Of a stretch of 64,000 nucleotides of DNA, positions 1-12,864 are shown in pieces. The number at the start of each line of letters is the position of its first letter. Within the stretch, counting starts at the first letter, position 1. Position numbers and translations under genes: made by a program. The stretch comes from Octopus sinensis (taxonomy: Eukaryota), in NCBI RefSeq assembly GCF_006345805.1, contig NC_042998.1, forward strand, positions 66,774,001 to 66,838,000, read 5' to 3'. The notes under the pieces are model-generated. The model was not told the DNA's origin. It saw only the letters and a program-made list of their open reading frames with translations, and made no database searches.

Positions 1-180
1 AATCGTCTATAATATTCTTCCTTTATTTTCTCTTTCATTTGTGTGTGTTGTATCATATCTAGTTCATGTTCCTAAATATTTGTATGTTTTATTATTATTA
101 TTATTATCATTATTATTATTATTATCATCATCATCATCATCATCATCATCACCATCATCATCATCACCATCATCATATTA

Positions 181-730
181 CTGAGAGAGCAGCGCATGCC
201 ATCGATATGACAGTGGGGTAAAATATACGAAGCCCAGTATGCCCATCATGACAACCCGTCTGATAAGGGTGCACCAGGCACATGCATCACAACCATATGT
301 GCGAGACGTGATTCCATATCAAGATAAACAGCACATGACCTTGCAGGTGGAGCCCAGTTAGAATTTTCTTCAGGTCGAGTAGCCCATCCTGCTCAAAAAG
401 TCCCTGAATAAGGGTTGTTTAAGGATTTTGAACGAAAGACTCATTTTCCAAGTGTGAATTATTCAAACCCTAAAGAATTCCTCTCAACACATGGCTATAA
501 TGCTGCCACACTACTTCTGCTCGTGATCAGAGATGCACATATCGTCAGCCACTAAGGGAGATGCTCAACTAGTTATGGTCAAACAATTGACAAGCAAATC
601 TGTGGTATTGAGCAGAATATTTGCTGTAGCCTATCTGTAATACCAAGACAGAACAATGTACATGATAACACTTCCAACCAGTTAAGATCAGAAGCCATGA
701 GAGCTATTGCCTTGTACTGCATCAGAGCAG
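181..730. mobile_element. ~550-bp non-coding interspersed repeat embedded in (ATT/CAT)n microsatellite, copy 1
   Basis: Aligns along its full length with 22185-22866; both copies are flanked on both sides by (ATT)n-type tracts; no long ORF and no recognisable tRNA head. Confidence 0.75.
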
Positions 731-760
731 TATCATTATTATCATTATTATTATTATTAC

Positions 761-817
<57 letters not shown>

Positions 818-1690
818 GTTTTTCCTTCTTTCTTCAAATTTTCTTCCGTTTCTCGCCGAGTGTTTTCCATACACCTAGGGCAAAGAAGGGCATTGTATGC
901 ATTCCCAGATTACATGCGCAAATTCACATATAAAATATGTATTTAAAAATTAATAAATAAATAAATTCATGGATGAATGTTATTTTCACAGCGATAGTGC
1001 TCTTCTCGGTACATGAGCCGTTCCAGTTAATACGATTTTTTGCACTTCCTGTAGGGATGGTAAGCCTGGAATCATTTTCAAATAGGTTTCAGTACCTTTT
1101 TTTTATCATTCCTAGAGGTCCTACAATCACTGGTACTGTAGTCGCCTTGAGATGCCACATTTTTTCAATTTCTATTAGCAGGTCTTTATATTTACTAATC
1201 TTGTCAAATTCTTTCGCCGCTATATTGTGATCACAGGGAATACTCATGTCAATTAATAAACACATCCGTTTTGTCTGATCTTTTATAATAATATCCGGTT
1301 TATTAGCTTTTATAGTCCTGTCGGTCTGCACAGGGAAGTCTCATAGAATCGACACATTTTCTCCCTCAGTCACAGCTTCAGGATGATGTTTATACCATTT
1401 GTCAGCGGCTTTGATTTTATAATGCCGACATATTGTCCAATGTAAATACTGGCCGACTCTGTCATGTGTTGCTTTATATTCTGCAGGTGCTAAGACTCTA
1501 GACCCTGAGATTAGGTGGTCTTTTGTTTCAATCTCATCATTACAGAATCGGCATTTTGGGTCAGCTCCATTTTTCATCACATTGGCTTGGTAGGTCTTGG
1601 TTAATAGGCTTTGGTCTTGAGCAGCTAATATGAAACCTTCACTCTCTGCTTTTAGCCCTGAGCTTCGTAACCATTGGTGCGTGTGTTTTA
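818..1690 (-). mobile_element. 5'-truncated R4/Dong-like non-LTR retrotransposon, 3' end (zinc knuckle + restriction-like endonuclease + 3' UTR), family A
   Basis: Minus-strand translation ...AAQDQSL..KCRFCNDEIETKDHLISG..HDRVGQYLHW..KPDIIIKD..LLIDMSIP..KISKYKDL..VIVGPLG; frameshifted; flanked by (TAA)n. Confidence 0.85.
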
Positions 1691-1720
1691 TTATTGGTTA
1701 TTATATGCATATATATAATG

Positions 1721-1770
<50 letters not shown>

Positions 1771-1822
1771 CATTATTATTATCATTATTATTATTATTAT
1801 TATCCTCATCATCATCATTATT

Positions 1823-2060
1823 TTGGTTTGACTCAGGTTCGGTCTTATTCCTGGTAGTAGGTTACTACCTGTATCCAGTGCTTAAAACCTTTCTGATAAT
1901 CCTTGCTGTCCCTAAGAAACAAACTGTCTGTAGGAACTCTAACGGGCATTCTATTTCAATCTTCGTCAGCCAGTTGGTTATATCTTTGCCCACTGTTCCC
2001 AACGCACAAATTGTTATAGGCACGATCCTTGATGTTCGCACGCTCGAAGTTATTCCTATT
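1823..2060 (-). mobile_element. 3'-terminal fragment of an R4/Dong-like LINE
   Basis: Minus frame IVPITICALGTVGKDITNWL..LGTARIIRKVLSTG*, typical RLE-LINE C-terminus, followed by (TAA)n. Confidence 0.6.
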
Positions 2061-2570
2061 TCAAATTTTATGCTCTAAATTCTTCGTATTTCAAATTTTA
2101 TTTTAAAAGCATTTTTGTTATCATTATTATATTATTGAAACTGGTTATTTCTTTTCCGTGTCAAGTTTCATGTCTTACAGAATTTCAGGCTGTAACTAGT
2201 CTTTGGTCCTTGGTGTTGTCTTTATATCCGTTAGTATTGTTTATGTTCCATACTTCCGATTTATCATTGTTTTTTCTTTGCGCTTCAAAATTGTCCATTA
2301 TTTTCCGCATATTTCTTTTTTTTATTTTTTAGGAGAGAACTTATCTCTGTGTGTATTTCAGTGTGTGCGGATGTGTGTGTTTGTGTGTGTCTATCTGCCT
2401 GTATGTGTGTACCTGTATGTATATGTATAAATACATTATCGACACGCAGGCGAAAATGCACACAAACACACAAACACACACATACATACATACATACATA
2501 CATACATACATGCATACATACATACATGCATACATACATACATACATACATACATACATACATACATACA

Positions 2571-2606
<36 letters not shown>

Positions 2607-3322
2607 TATATATGCCATAGTCTTCATACATTCTTCGTCACATCATAAGTCCTATTGAAAATTGAAGTTTTCGAATTTTAACCCCATTGAACTCACTCGC
2701 TTAAGGACTCCTGCACTAGGTCTGGGTAATATATTTCTTTATGGCAATGTAAATTCCTTTAGCATGCATTATTGCTTTTACATTTTAGATTTAGAATTAT
2801 ACTTTAATTTGTTAGAAGATTCATTAATGAGAATGCGGCTATTCTGGAGCACTAACTTCAAGTGGTTTTAGTCAATTATAACGACGCTATCACGTCAAAT
2901 TATTGATTTCTATTTATCAAATGGATGAGTTAACCAATTATATTATTCCTGTAATGTTCAGGCAGTAATAGTTGCTGTATTCTCTGTAGGCGTTCTATTA
3001 ATTGCAGATAGACCTCAAGGGGGGATAGAGAATTATTTTATCTGCCGAAATATAAAGAAGACTTTACCAAATAAACGGTGTGAACGGCCTAAACATACAA
3101 ATCAACATGTCTTCCTATTATAGTGACAATTTTACGATGTATTCGTATGTATATTTCTAGGCATGTATGTATGTATGTATGTATGTATGTATGTATGTAT
3201 GCATGTATGTATGTAGTTATACATACACCTACACACATATATATTATATAAATACATATTCAGTATATATAAATTTACATTTGTATAGATATACGTATGG
3301 ATATGAGTTTTATAAGTATGTT

Positions 3323-3384
<62 letters not shown>

Positions 3385-3385
3385 G

Positions 3386-3988
3386 ATTATATAAAAGGGC
3401 TTAGTAAAATAAATTACTTTGCCGCATACTGAACTCATTAGAAATAGTAGCTAAAAAAAAAACTTTTTTAAAACTATTTCTAATACTTAAAGAAAACCTC
3501 TCTCATATAGTGTTTGCTCAATTCAACTCACGAAAGTATGGGGGGTAAAGACATTAAAAAATCAAATGCAAAGGTTATTTGAGAACGTACGTTTCAAGAT
3601 TAGTCAACTCGACATTTCTATCATCAGCTCAGAACTCCTTGGTTGGATTTGAAAACACTGAAAGTGGGAGCATACCCTTTCGGCTTCTTATCGCTTCTGA
3701 AGATCTGCTCGAAACTAACAGTGCCAGCAAACTCAAATATGCAAGCGAAGAATTTCTGCTCTCCCCTTTCCACCAGCGTGGGTTAAAATCAGCAAACACT
3801 ATGCTTTTTCGGTAAAATCCGAGGCATTAAATAGAGAGAGATGAATTATAATTTCAACAATTGAGGGTAAAATTAATTAATTATTAATAAATTTCACCAA
3901 GTATTCAGTATGCAAAGGGACCATTTAAGGCGAATTCAAATTATTACATTATATAAAAGGGCTTAGTAAAATAAATTACTTTGCCGCA

Positions 3989-3991
<3 letters not shown>
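3386..3991 (-). mobile_element. Penelope-like pLTR-type unit (562-bp period, 44-bp terminal direct repeat) carrying a hammerhead motif
   Basis: Direct repeat attatataaaagggcttagtaaaataaattactttgccgcatac at 3386-3429 and 3948-3991; HHR motif on the minus strand in between; flanked by (TA)n. Confidence 0.6.
3580..3631 (-). ncRNA. Minimal type I hammerhead ribozyme motif (near-intact)
   Basis: Minus strand tgag-CTGATGA-(tagaaat gtc gagtt gac taatctt)-GAAA-cgtacg-TT-ctca: stem I tgag/ctca, intact core, palindromic CGTACG; the stem II closing pair is a T.T mismatch. Confidence 0.6.
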
Positions 3992-4036
<45 letters not shown>

Positions 4037-4186
4037 CAGTATATATAAACTTATATATACAGTATATATAAACTTATATTTGTATAAATATACGTATCTA
4101 TATCAAGTTTATAATTGTATATGTGTATATATATATACACACACACTTATATATATATATATATACATATATATGCATATGCATAC

Positions 4187-4217
<31 letters not shown>

Positions 4218-4616
4218 ATATATATATAATATATATATACACATGTATATATATATGTGTGTGTGTGTGTGTATGTTAATCATTCTTTATAAATTATATA
4301 TCGATTCACTCATATACAAATGAAAACATCCTTTATATTTATAGACAGTGATGTTGTATAGATATCTGCCTGCTTACGAATGTACACTTACACATCCATA
4401 AACTCAGACTTATATGCACTCAAACACATACTCATACACATACAACGCATTCACAAACACTGGCAAAAACACGCACAGCGCGCGCACTCTGCAGTTGGAA
4501 CAACATATAATTCCTTTAAAATGTTGTGCAATCCCTCTTTACATCTATTAAATAATTATTGTGAGATATTTTCCAACTGAGATCATATACATACATATAT
4601 ACACACCCACATATGC

Positions 4617-4649
<33 letters not shown>

Positions 4650-4724
4650 ATTTATCTATATGCTCACATACATACATATACATATTCATGTACTTATATA
4701 AGACATAAGACCTTTTATGTAGCG

Positions 4725-4755
<31 letters not shown>

Positions 4756-4854
4756 GGTTTTTTATCCAATTACACACATATATATATGAGAATGTTTTGC
4801 GTAATAGGATGAAAAACCAAGGCTGTATAGATATTAGAGCATTTATAGATAGAA

Positions 4855-4908
4855 CGTCTTACAGCTGTTTCTAGGATATTACTTAATAATATCCCTTAAT
4901 CGGTGACG
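4855..4908 (-). ncRNA. Degenerate hammerhead motif in a PLE pLTR-like repeat (same family as 60262-60720)
   Basis: cgtca-CCGATTA-agggatatt attaagt aatatccta-GAAA-cagctg-TA-agacg; two core substitutions relative to CTGATGA. Confidence 0.45.
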
Positions 4909-5189
4909 GTGTGAGAGGAAAAATTAAGTCATAGTTAGTTTCGATGTAATACAAAATAGAGAGTGAGGTGGAGGAAAGAAAATATATGTAAGATATGTAT
5001 GTGTATTGAATTTGTAAATCCGTTTTATAGGCTTAATGGTATATATGCAGTATCCCAATATCCTTTGAGTAAAATCCAAAAGTCCAACAGAGTTTAATAT
5101 GAGTCCTTCCAAATATAGGGTTTATAAGCAATGTAAGATTCCTTTATCAGTGAGATCCAGTCATTCCTATATATATATATCATTCCTAA

Positions 5190-5222
<33 letters not shown>

Positions 5223-5398
5223 AGTGTATACATAAATATATATATACATTACATGCGTGTGAGTGTATATATGTGTATGCATATTCCTATATTATAAAAT
5301 ATTGGTATAAGTGTACACTATATATTGTATATATGGGCATATGTATATGTATATGTATATGTGTGTAAATGTATACACGCATGTACACATGTATATGG

Positions 5399-5462
<64 letters not shown>

Positions 5463-7087
5463 GTATATCTATCTACATGCTTCTCTCTCTCTGTCAATTT
5501 ACGTATCGGCGTTTCTATTGATCTGTCCTTCTGTCTATTTATTCCCCTCTATTTATGCGTATATATATATGTATGTGTATATTCATTTGCGTAAATCGCT
5601 GCATGTGTGCATAACATATTCTCTTCGCGCGTCTGTTTTCTATGCATGTGTGTGTATATACATTTACGTACGTCTAGATGCACATATTGATAGATATATT
5701 GATAAAGATAACGATCGGTAAATAGTGATAAATTCTACAAAATATTAGTTGTGCTCTCTCACTCTTCTTTTTCTTTCCACTTTTCTAATTTTCTTCTTCC
5801 CTCTGTCTATTCCTCTACACTTCTTATTCAGTTACATACACACATATTACCTCTCTTATAAACATTTATTCTCTCTCTCTATCTTCTCTAAACCCTCCCT
5901 CGTCTACGCTAACTCTACCATTTTAAGCTTTGACCCAGCACACTCCCTTGCTTCCTCTTTACCACTATAAACCTTTGCATGCAACATTTTACTTTTATTA
6001 TATTTATTTTTCTCTTCTTTTCTTTCATATCGTTCACGGTCTTTGATTTCGTTCAGTAAGCGACTTGATAAATAGGCGATGGCAATTCTTTTCCGCATTA
6101 TTTGGTCTATTGTTAATGTACAGAGCAGATCAATTACAAATAGCATGCATATCGCCAATAGCAGCAGTGACATTACCAGCAGTAATAGCATCACAGCAAC
6201 ACAGCACTCATCCACTGTGGTAATTTCGAAAATTGCTGCATACACGCTAGTAGCAGCATTAAAAGCAGTATCAGTAATGGTTTCTCCAATGTTCTTACCT
6301 CAGTACGGTACCAAATGGAGGGACTAAACGTATATTAACAACCAGTTGCTATGGAAGCATTATGAATATAGCAGTGATTTGCATGTTTGAATTATAAGCT
6401 TATAAATACTTGAAGTCTCCAAAGGCTACAAGCAAACCAACCGAGATATCGATAGTTTGTATCTTGTAAACGGCTTTTAGGAACCAAATGACTCGGGTTA
6501 CTTTACTGTGTATAGGTACCAAATGTTAAAGAAACAATAGAAATAATATACAATACGCCGCTGTAGGCAGCGAGTAGTCTGTAAAATTTACAATGTCTTG
6601 TAATGTTTTCTCAGGCATTAAGTAATTAAATACACAGCAGTAGCGAGATAGAACAAAGCAGTTTTTATTCCCTTAAATGTTCACGTGGCGTTTATTTATG
6701 TCAAGACAGCGTCCAAGACACAAGAAATATAGTTAGACTTCTGTAAAATATAGAACTTTTGTTGCTAGACAAAACAAAATGTATGTAAAAGGTTCCTGCA
6801 TAAATCTTTGTTATCTTCAATGGTGAAATTAAAACACTAATGTACTACATACTACTGCAACACACATCACCACAGTTTGCTATACAATATCACGCTACAT
6901 TAAAACTTTCATAACAATCTAAAATAAAATCTAAAACAATCCAACGAGGGGGCAGCGATATTGTTGATCGACATTCTGTAAACAGTAAATAAATATCATT
7001 CACACCAACGTCTTCTATCACTCACACACACATACGAAACATGGATAATACACTAGATTTAATGTTGTTCATATCTTAAAAATTGTA

Positions 7088-7137
7088 CAGATCAAACTTG
7101 ATCCATGCCACTCCGGTCACGGATCATGTTTGACCTG
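7088..7137 (-). other. Unique-sequence stem-loop (20-bp stem, 10-nt loop), pre-miRNA-like
   Basis: Minus strand caggtcaaacatgatccgtg / catggatcaagtttgatctg: 19 of 20 positions pair, including two G.U. Confidence 0.35.
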
Positions 7138-7338
7138 CGGTTAAACAACAACTATAACAAAGCAAGCAATCACTAAAAAACACCGAAATACAAACACCGC
7201 ATATCGACCACATTCCAGTATGCTTAGTCAAAATCTTATTACCGTATACCTATAATATTTACAACCACCTCCACCATCACCACCACTACAACAACGACAA
7301 CTGCTACTACTACTACTAGTACTACTACTACTACAACA

Positions 7339-7452
<114 letters not shown>

Positions 7453-8399
7453 CCTGCTCCACATCCTCCTCCTACTACTACAACTACTTTTGAATCTACT
7501 CATCGGAAAGTTTTAACAGTATTAAATATTGAAGAATGTCTAAACATTTTCGACGTCAACGATATTTTTATTTATTCTTGGAATTATTTCATCGAGGATA
7601 AAATTATCATCAAAGGTGTAGACAACATTTAAAGTAAACGTCTAGAAATGTCAGAAAGCGAGTTTAGCCATCCTTATCCTCAGCATCTTCAAGGACTTTG
7701 ACGAGACTATTTCACGTTATCCACTCATGTTGATCTTTAAGCATACATGATCCCACAATGACTTCTACATCCATAAAAAAATTGTATATGGCTTCTTTGG
7801 CTCCAATAAATTCACACGCAAATAGTCTTGCCTTGCTTAAGGCATACTTAAATAGTTACATTAACCATATATCTATCATCCAAGGAAACTGATCCAAGAT
7901 AAAAGATTTATTAGTACATTCTAGATCAACCATTTCTGTCCTTAACAACAGCATCAGAAAACATCAAACTTTTCATTGAATAATAAAATCGCACCACTCA
8001 CAAAGATACAAGAACATTTGGAAGGATTTCCAACACCACTATAAAATTTATTGAATACATACAAAGTATAGTCTATAAAACCAGATAATGCTGAAATACA
8101 CCAAAAGAATTCTCACGTGGCATTTTTTATAATCACAATCGGTTTAAACAACCTGAGAGTAATCACGCATTGCGCATGTCCTAACTGGATTCCAAGTCTC
8201 TCCACAATAGCCACAATAGACTACAATGAAATTACCACGAACACAGGAATACGCACACAAATACACACACGCACATATGCAAGGCTGAAAACCTGTAAAA
8301 TTCTTTACTACCTCAGATGTAGAAAAGTAGGTAGTAATTACATCAACATCATTACATCAACATCAAAGAAAAAAGGTATTACTAGCAATAGATAAAGTA

Positions 8400-9660
8400 G
8401 ACGCAAACTCAGGTGCTGGCCCCTTGGATTCCCAGTAATTATTCTTAAGTCATTCAAACGAGCCCTTGCAAAACCACTACAGCTTCTTTTTCAAAGTCTG
8501 CAAGCGGTAAGCTCTAAGGCGAACTGAAGAAGGAATAACATACCCTATCCATAAAGGAGAATGTAGAGCAGGCGCTAAAACTATAGGCCTATTTCTCTGA
8601 CCTCACACATCAGTAAAGTCAAGGAATGAATAGTTCAAAGGAAACTAATAATATTCATTGAGGAGAATGACTTACTGACTGACACCTAGCCCGGTTTTAG
8701 ACCAAGTAGAAGCTGCCTGACACAGCTCTTGCAGCACTACGATTGGGTGTTACAGCAGCTACTCAAATGTGGACGTGATATGTTTCGACTTTGCAAAAGC
8801 CTTTGATAAATTAGACCATGGTATTATATGACATAAACAATGTGATGTCAGCATAGTGGGAAAACTTGGAGTATGTTTAGATGAATTCCTAAAGGATAGG
8901 AGCCAAGTAGTGTTGACCAACGAGGCTACCTCTTCCGAAACGCAAATAACAAGTGGTATCCACAGGGAACTGTCAGGAAGTGATTGCTATTCGTAGTGGC
9001 CTTCTCAGACATGCCCTACGCTGCTCAGATAGCCACCTATGCTAGCTAAGCAGATGATACAAAAGTCTCTCAGAGGATACAGAACCTTGGAGATACTGCA
9101 CACATGCAACAGTATTTGAACGCAATATATAGATGTGCTGATGAAAATAACATGCTGGTTAATACTAGAATATTCCAAGCCCAGCGCTACCAACACACAA
9201 AGCTGAATGAAAATTGGACAGGACTAACTAGTCTACGAGGGATAGTAATCTCTAAATGAAAATCAGTGCGTGATCTGGTCAATCAGATGGGTGATCTGGT
9301 CATTGACAGTTCGTGATCTGGGCATGTTTGCAAATTAAGTTGGCAATTAAATGCAGACTGTTTTGGTTGGATTTATCCTTAGAACTTTCAGAACGAAGAG
9401 AACTGGTAACTATGATGCTCCCAACTATGCTCACCACTCAGTATAAAATTAACGACGAAACTCGAACCAATCCAGCGAAGCTACACAAAAAGATCGCCTC
9501 AATGCGACATGTCAGCTACTGGTAGACTGAAAAAGTTCAGACACTACTCTTTAGAACGAAGGCGGGAAAGACATGCAGTGATACACATCTGTAAAATCTT
9601 AGAGGCTGTACCTAACTTTCTCAAATTGCAGAATGGAGTGCCACTGTATGGTGACAAAAA
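8400..9660 (+). mobile_element. Decayed CR1-like LINE reverse transcriptase fragment
   Basis: Frameshifted RT motifs: NYRPISLTSH-like, DFAKAFDKLDHG, PQGTV-like, ADDTK, and an LERRRER..IHICKIL C-terminal motif. Confidence 0.8.
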
Positions 9661-9879
9661 TCTCAACGTTGCAACCAGGATGCCAAACCTGATACTGCAT
9701 GTTCATTTACCCGCTCTCCTATGCTTCTTGCCGTTTCCCCTACGTATGCTTTGTCTTGTTACTGCATCGTCACTCTATACATCTTATACTATAGACTACA
9801 TTTCTGGCTTTACAGTTTGTTTGTGGGCTAAATCTACATACAGTAGATACTATAGAAAGGACAAAAAAGAAAATAGGGA

Positions 9880-10430
9880 AGGCCAACTCTTGGTATGATA
9901 GCCATAAATACCAAAGTGTCATGTTCGTTGACACCACCCTTGGAGGTGAACTGGCGTACCAATTTAGACGGACCCTAGACAAACTTAAGCTAAGGATTAA
10001 GGTTGTTGAAAAGCCAGGCAACCCTATCAAATCTATAATCGGTAGAACCTACCCTTTTAGTAGAACCCCCTGTACGGATAAGTACTGTACTGTATGTAGA
10101 TTTAGCCCACAAGCAAACTGTAAAGCCAGAAATGTAGTCTATAGTATAAGACGTATAGAGGGACGATGCAGTAACAAGACAACGACATACGTAGGGGAAA
10201 CGGCAAGAAGCATAGGGGAGCGGGTAAATGAAAAATGGAGAGCACTTAAGGAAGGTAAAAGCTCATCGATTCTGTACCAACACACCGAACAGGAACACGG
10301 GGGATCAATCAACAACATAGCAATTAAAATATTGTCCACACAGAACAGATGCAACAATCAGACAAATTACAGAAGCTACACACATAATAGAGGATAAACC
10401 TAGCCTGAATAGATACCTGGAAGGGAACAC
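9880..10430 (+). mobile_element. Penelope-like element 3' fragment encoding a GIY-YIG endonuclease
   Basis: ORF 9921-10397: IKVVEKPG..CTDKYCTVC..C..RNVVYSI..YVGETARSIGERVNE..LYQHTEQEHGG, i.e. a Cys cluster followed by VVY..YVGET as in PLE endonucleases. Confidence 0.85.
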
Positions 10431-10630
10431 TAGCACACACCACAACATATGACGGTACAGGATCCCCATAAACTGGTTACAATATAAACAAAACCGAAAA
10501 CATAATAAATAAAATACACAGATAAATAAACACAGATAAATAAACAAATAGAAATAAATAACTATATAAGTTTTTTTGTTTAATTTAAAAGATTTTTTAT
10601 TTATTATCATTATTATTATATTATTATTAA

Positions 10631-10675
<45 letters not shown>

Positions 10676-11115
10676 TATTTCTAGTATTGTTGTTATATAT
10701 ACATACAAACAAGCATACGTAATACTAATAATATGTGGATGTAAACACATGAACAAAATAACAATACACAAAAACAAATTACATGAACGTATATAAACAG
10801 AAGATACAAATATTACAGGCATACCCCCACACACACACTAAATAAACATAGACGCACATAGAGATATAAGCATGCGCAAATGAAGACATACAATAGAAAT
10901 ACAAAATGGCTGGTGGTTAGTAAAGAGAGACACAAAAAAGGAAGAAGAAAACAAAGGACCACGGATGCGGTCACAGGATTGTGACGAAAGAACTCTGGCC
11001 GAAATAAGATTAAGATAAATGTAAAAACTAAATAACACTGAAGCAAAAAAAACAGCAAATATATAGTGCGTGTGTTTCTATTGGCTAAACTGGCAAAATG
11101 ACCATTCCGAAATAT

Positions 11116-11221
<106 letters not shown>

Positions 11222-11331
11222 CATCCATATATATATGTACTATATATATGTACATACATATATATATATATACATACACACACACACACACACATATATA
11301 TATACATCCATATATATATATATACATACAT

Positions 11332-11375
<44 letters not shown>

Positions 11376-11944
11376 CGTTTATGGCTTTGGTTTGCAAGAT
11401 TCTTTATGTGGGTTCGAGTGTTGAAGCATATTCTGTTTTTTCTGGAGAGAGTCATTTTCTTGTGCGTTATAAAGTAACACACTCACCGGTAAATTTCCAC
11501 TTATTTCTTCCTTTTTCTTCCTAAAATTTTCATATTGCAACCTTTTCAATAGTCAAGACTTTTGAAAAGGTTGCAAACGCAACAAAAATTTTAGGGAAAC
11601 AAAAATAAGTGAAAATATATACAATCAAAATTGTATTGACCATTGTCCACAAGAAATTTTAGGCGCGAAACCAAGCAAATCTTAAACAACTCTGGAGCCT
11701 CTTTTTTCACATATAAGACACAGCAAACCCAACATAAAGTCAGATAAGAGGAAAAAAATCTATCAGAAAGGAACTCTATCTCTCTTAAAAAAATATCTTT
11801 TGATAAGCATAACAAATGCGCAACCGGTAAAAAGAACTTTCACCTAATTAAATACACTCTCCTTTACTTAAATTATTTTATCAGCATTTTCTTCAGTTCC
11901 TTTTTTTATATATGACAACTCGTGTTCCACATCTCCTTGTTTAA

Positions 11945-11990
<46 letters not shown>

Positions 11991-12362
11991 GGCGCTGGAG
12001 TGGCTGTGTGGTAAGTAGCTTGCTAACCCACCACATGGTACCGAGTTCAATCCCACTGTGTGGCATCTTGGGCAAGTGTCTTCTGCTATAGCCCCGGGCC
12101 GACCAATGCCTTGTGAGTGGATTTGGTAGGCGGAAACTGAAAGAAGCCTGTATGTGTGTGTTTGTGTGTCTGTCTTTGTCCCCCTAGCATTGCCTGACAA
12201 CCGATGCTGGTGTGTTTACATCCCCGTCACTTTTGCGGTTCGGCATAAGAGGCCGATAGAATAAGTACTGGGCTTACGAATAATAAGTCCCGGGGTCGAT
12301 TTGCTCGACTAAAGGTGGTGCTCCAGCATGGCCGCAGTCAATGACTGAAACAAGTAAAAGAG
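11991..12362 (+). mobile_element. tRNA-derived SINE, major family
   Basis: Head ggcgctggagtggctgtgtggtaag...gttcaatccc (A/B-box-like), body ttgggcaagtgtcttc, tail ggtggtgctccagcatggccgcagtc...tgaaacaagtaaaagag; many homologous copies in the window. Confidence 0.9.
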
Positions 12363-12367
12363 TATAT

Positions 12368-12435
<68 letters not shown>

Positions 12436-12466
12436 CTATATATATATATATATATATTATATATAG

Positions 12467-12785
<319 letters not shown>

Positions 12786-12824
12786 AATATATATATATAT
12801 ATATATATAAAGTATATATATATA

Positions 12825-12864
12825 GACGCAGGAGTGGCTGTGTGGTAAGAAGCTTGCTTACCCA
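12825..12864 (+). mobile_element. Major SINE 5' piece, interrupted by a 2-kb insertion
   Basis: gacgcaggagtggctgtgtggtaagaagcttgcttaccca; the SINE resumes at 14858. Confidence 0.8.

Noticed and set aside
5904-6245. 113-aa minus-strand ORF with a hydrophobic stretch
   Set aside because: The hydrophobic part comes from a degenerate (CAG/TAG) repeat; no recognisable homology.
10958-11012. Hammerhead-like cggatgc-ggtc...ggcc-gaaa
   Set aside because: Two core changes, no palindrome and no stem I partner; too decayed to call.
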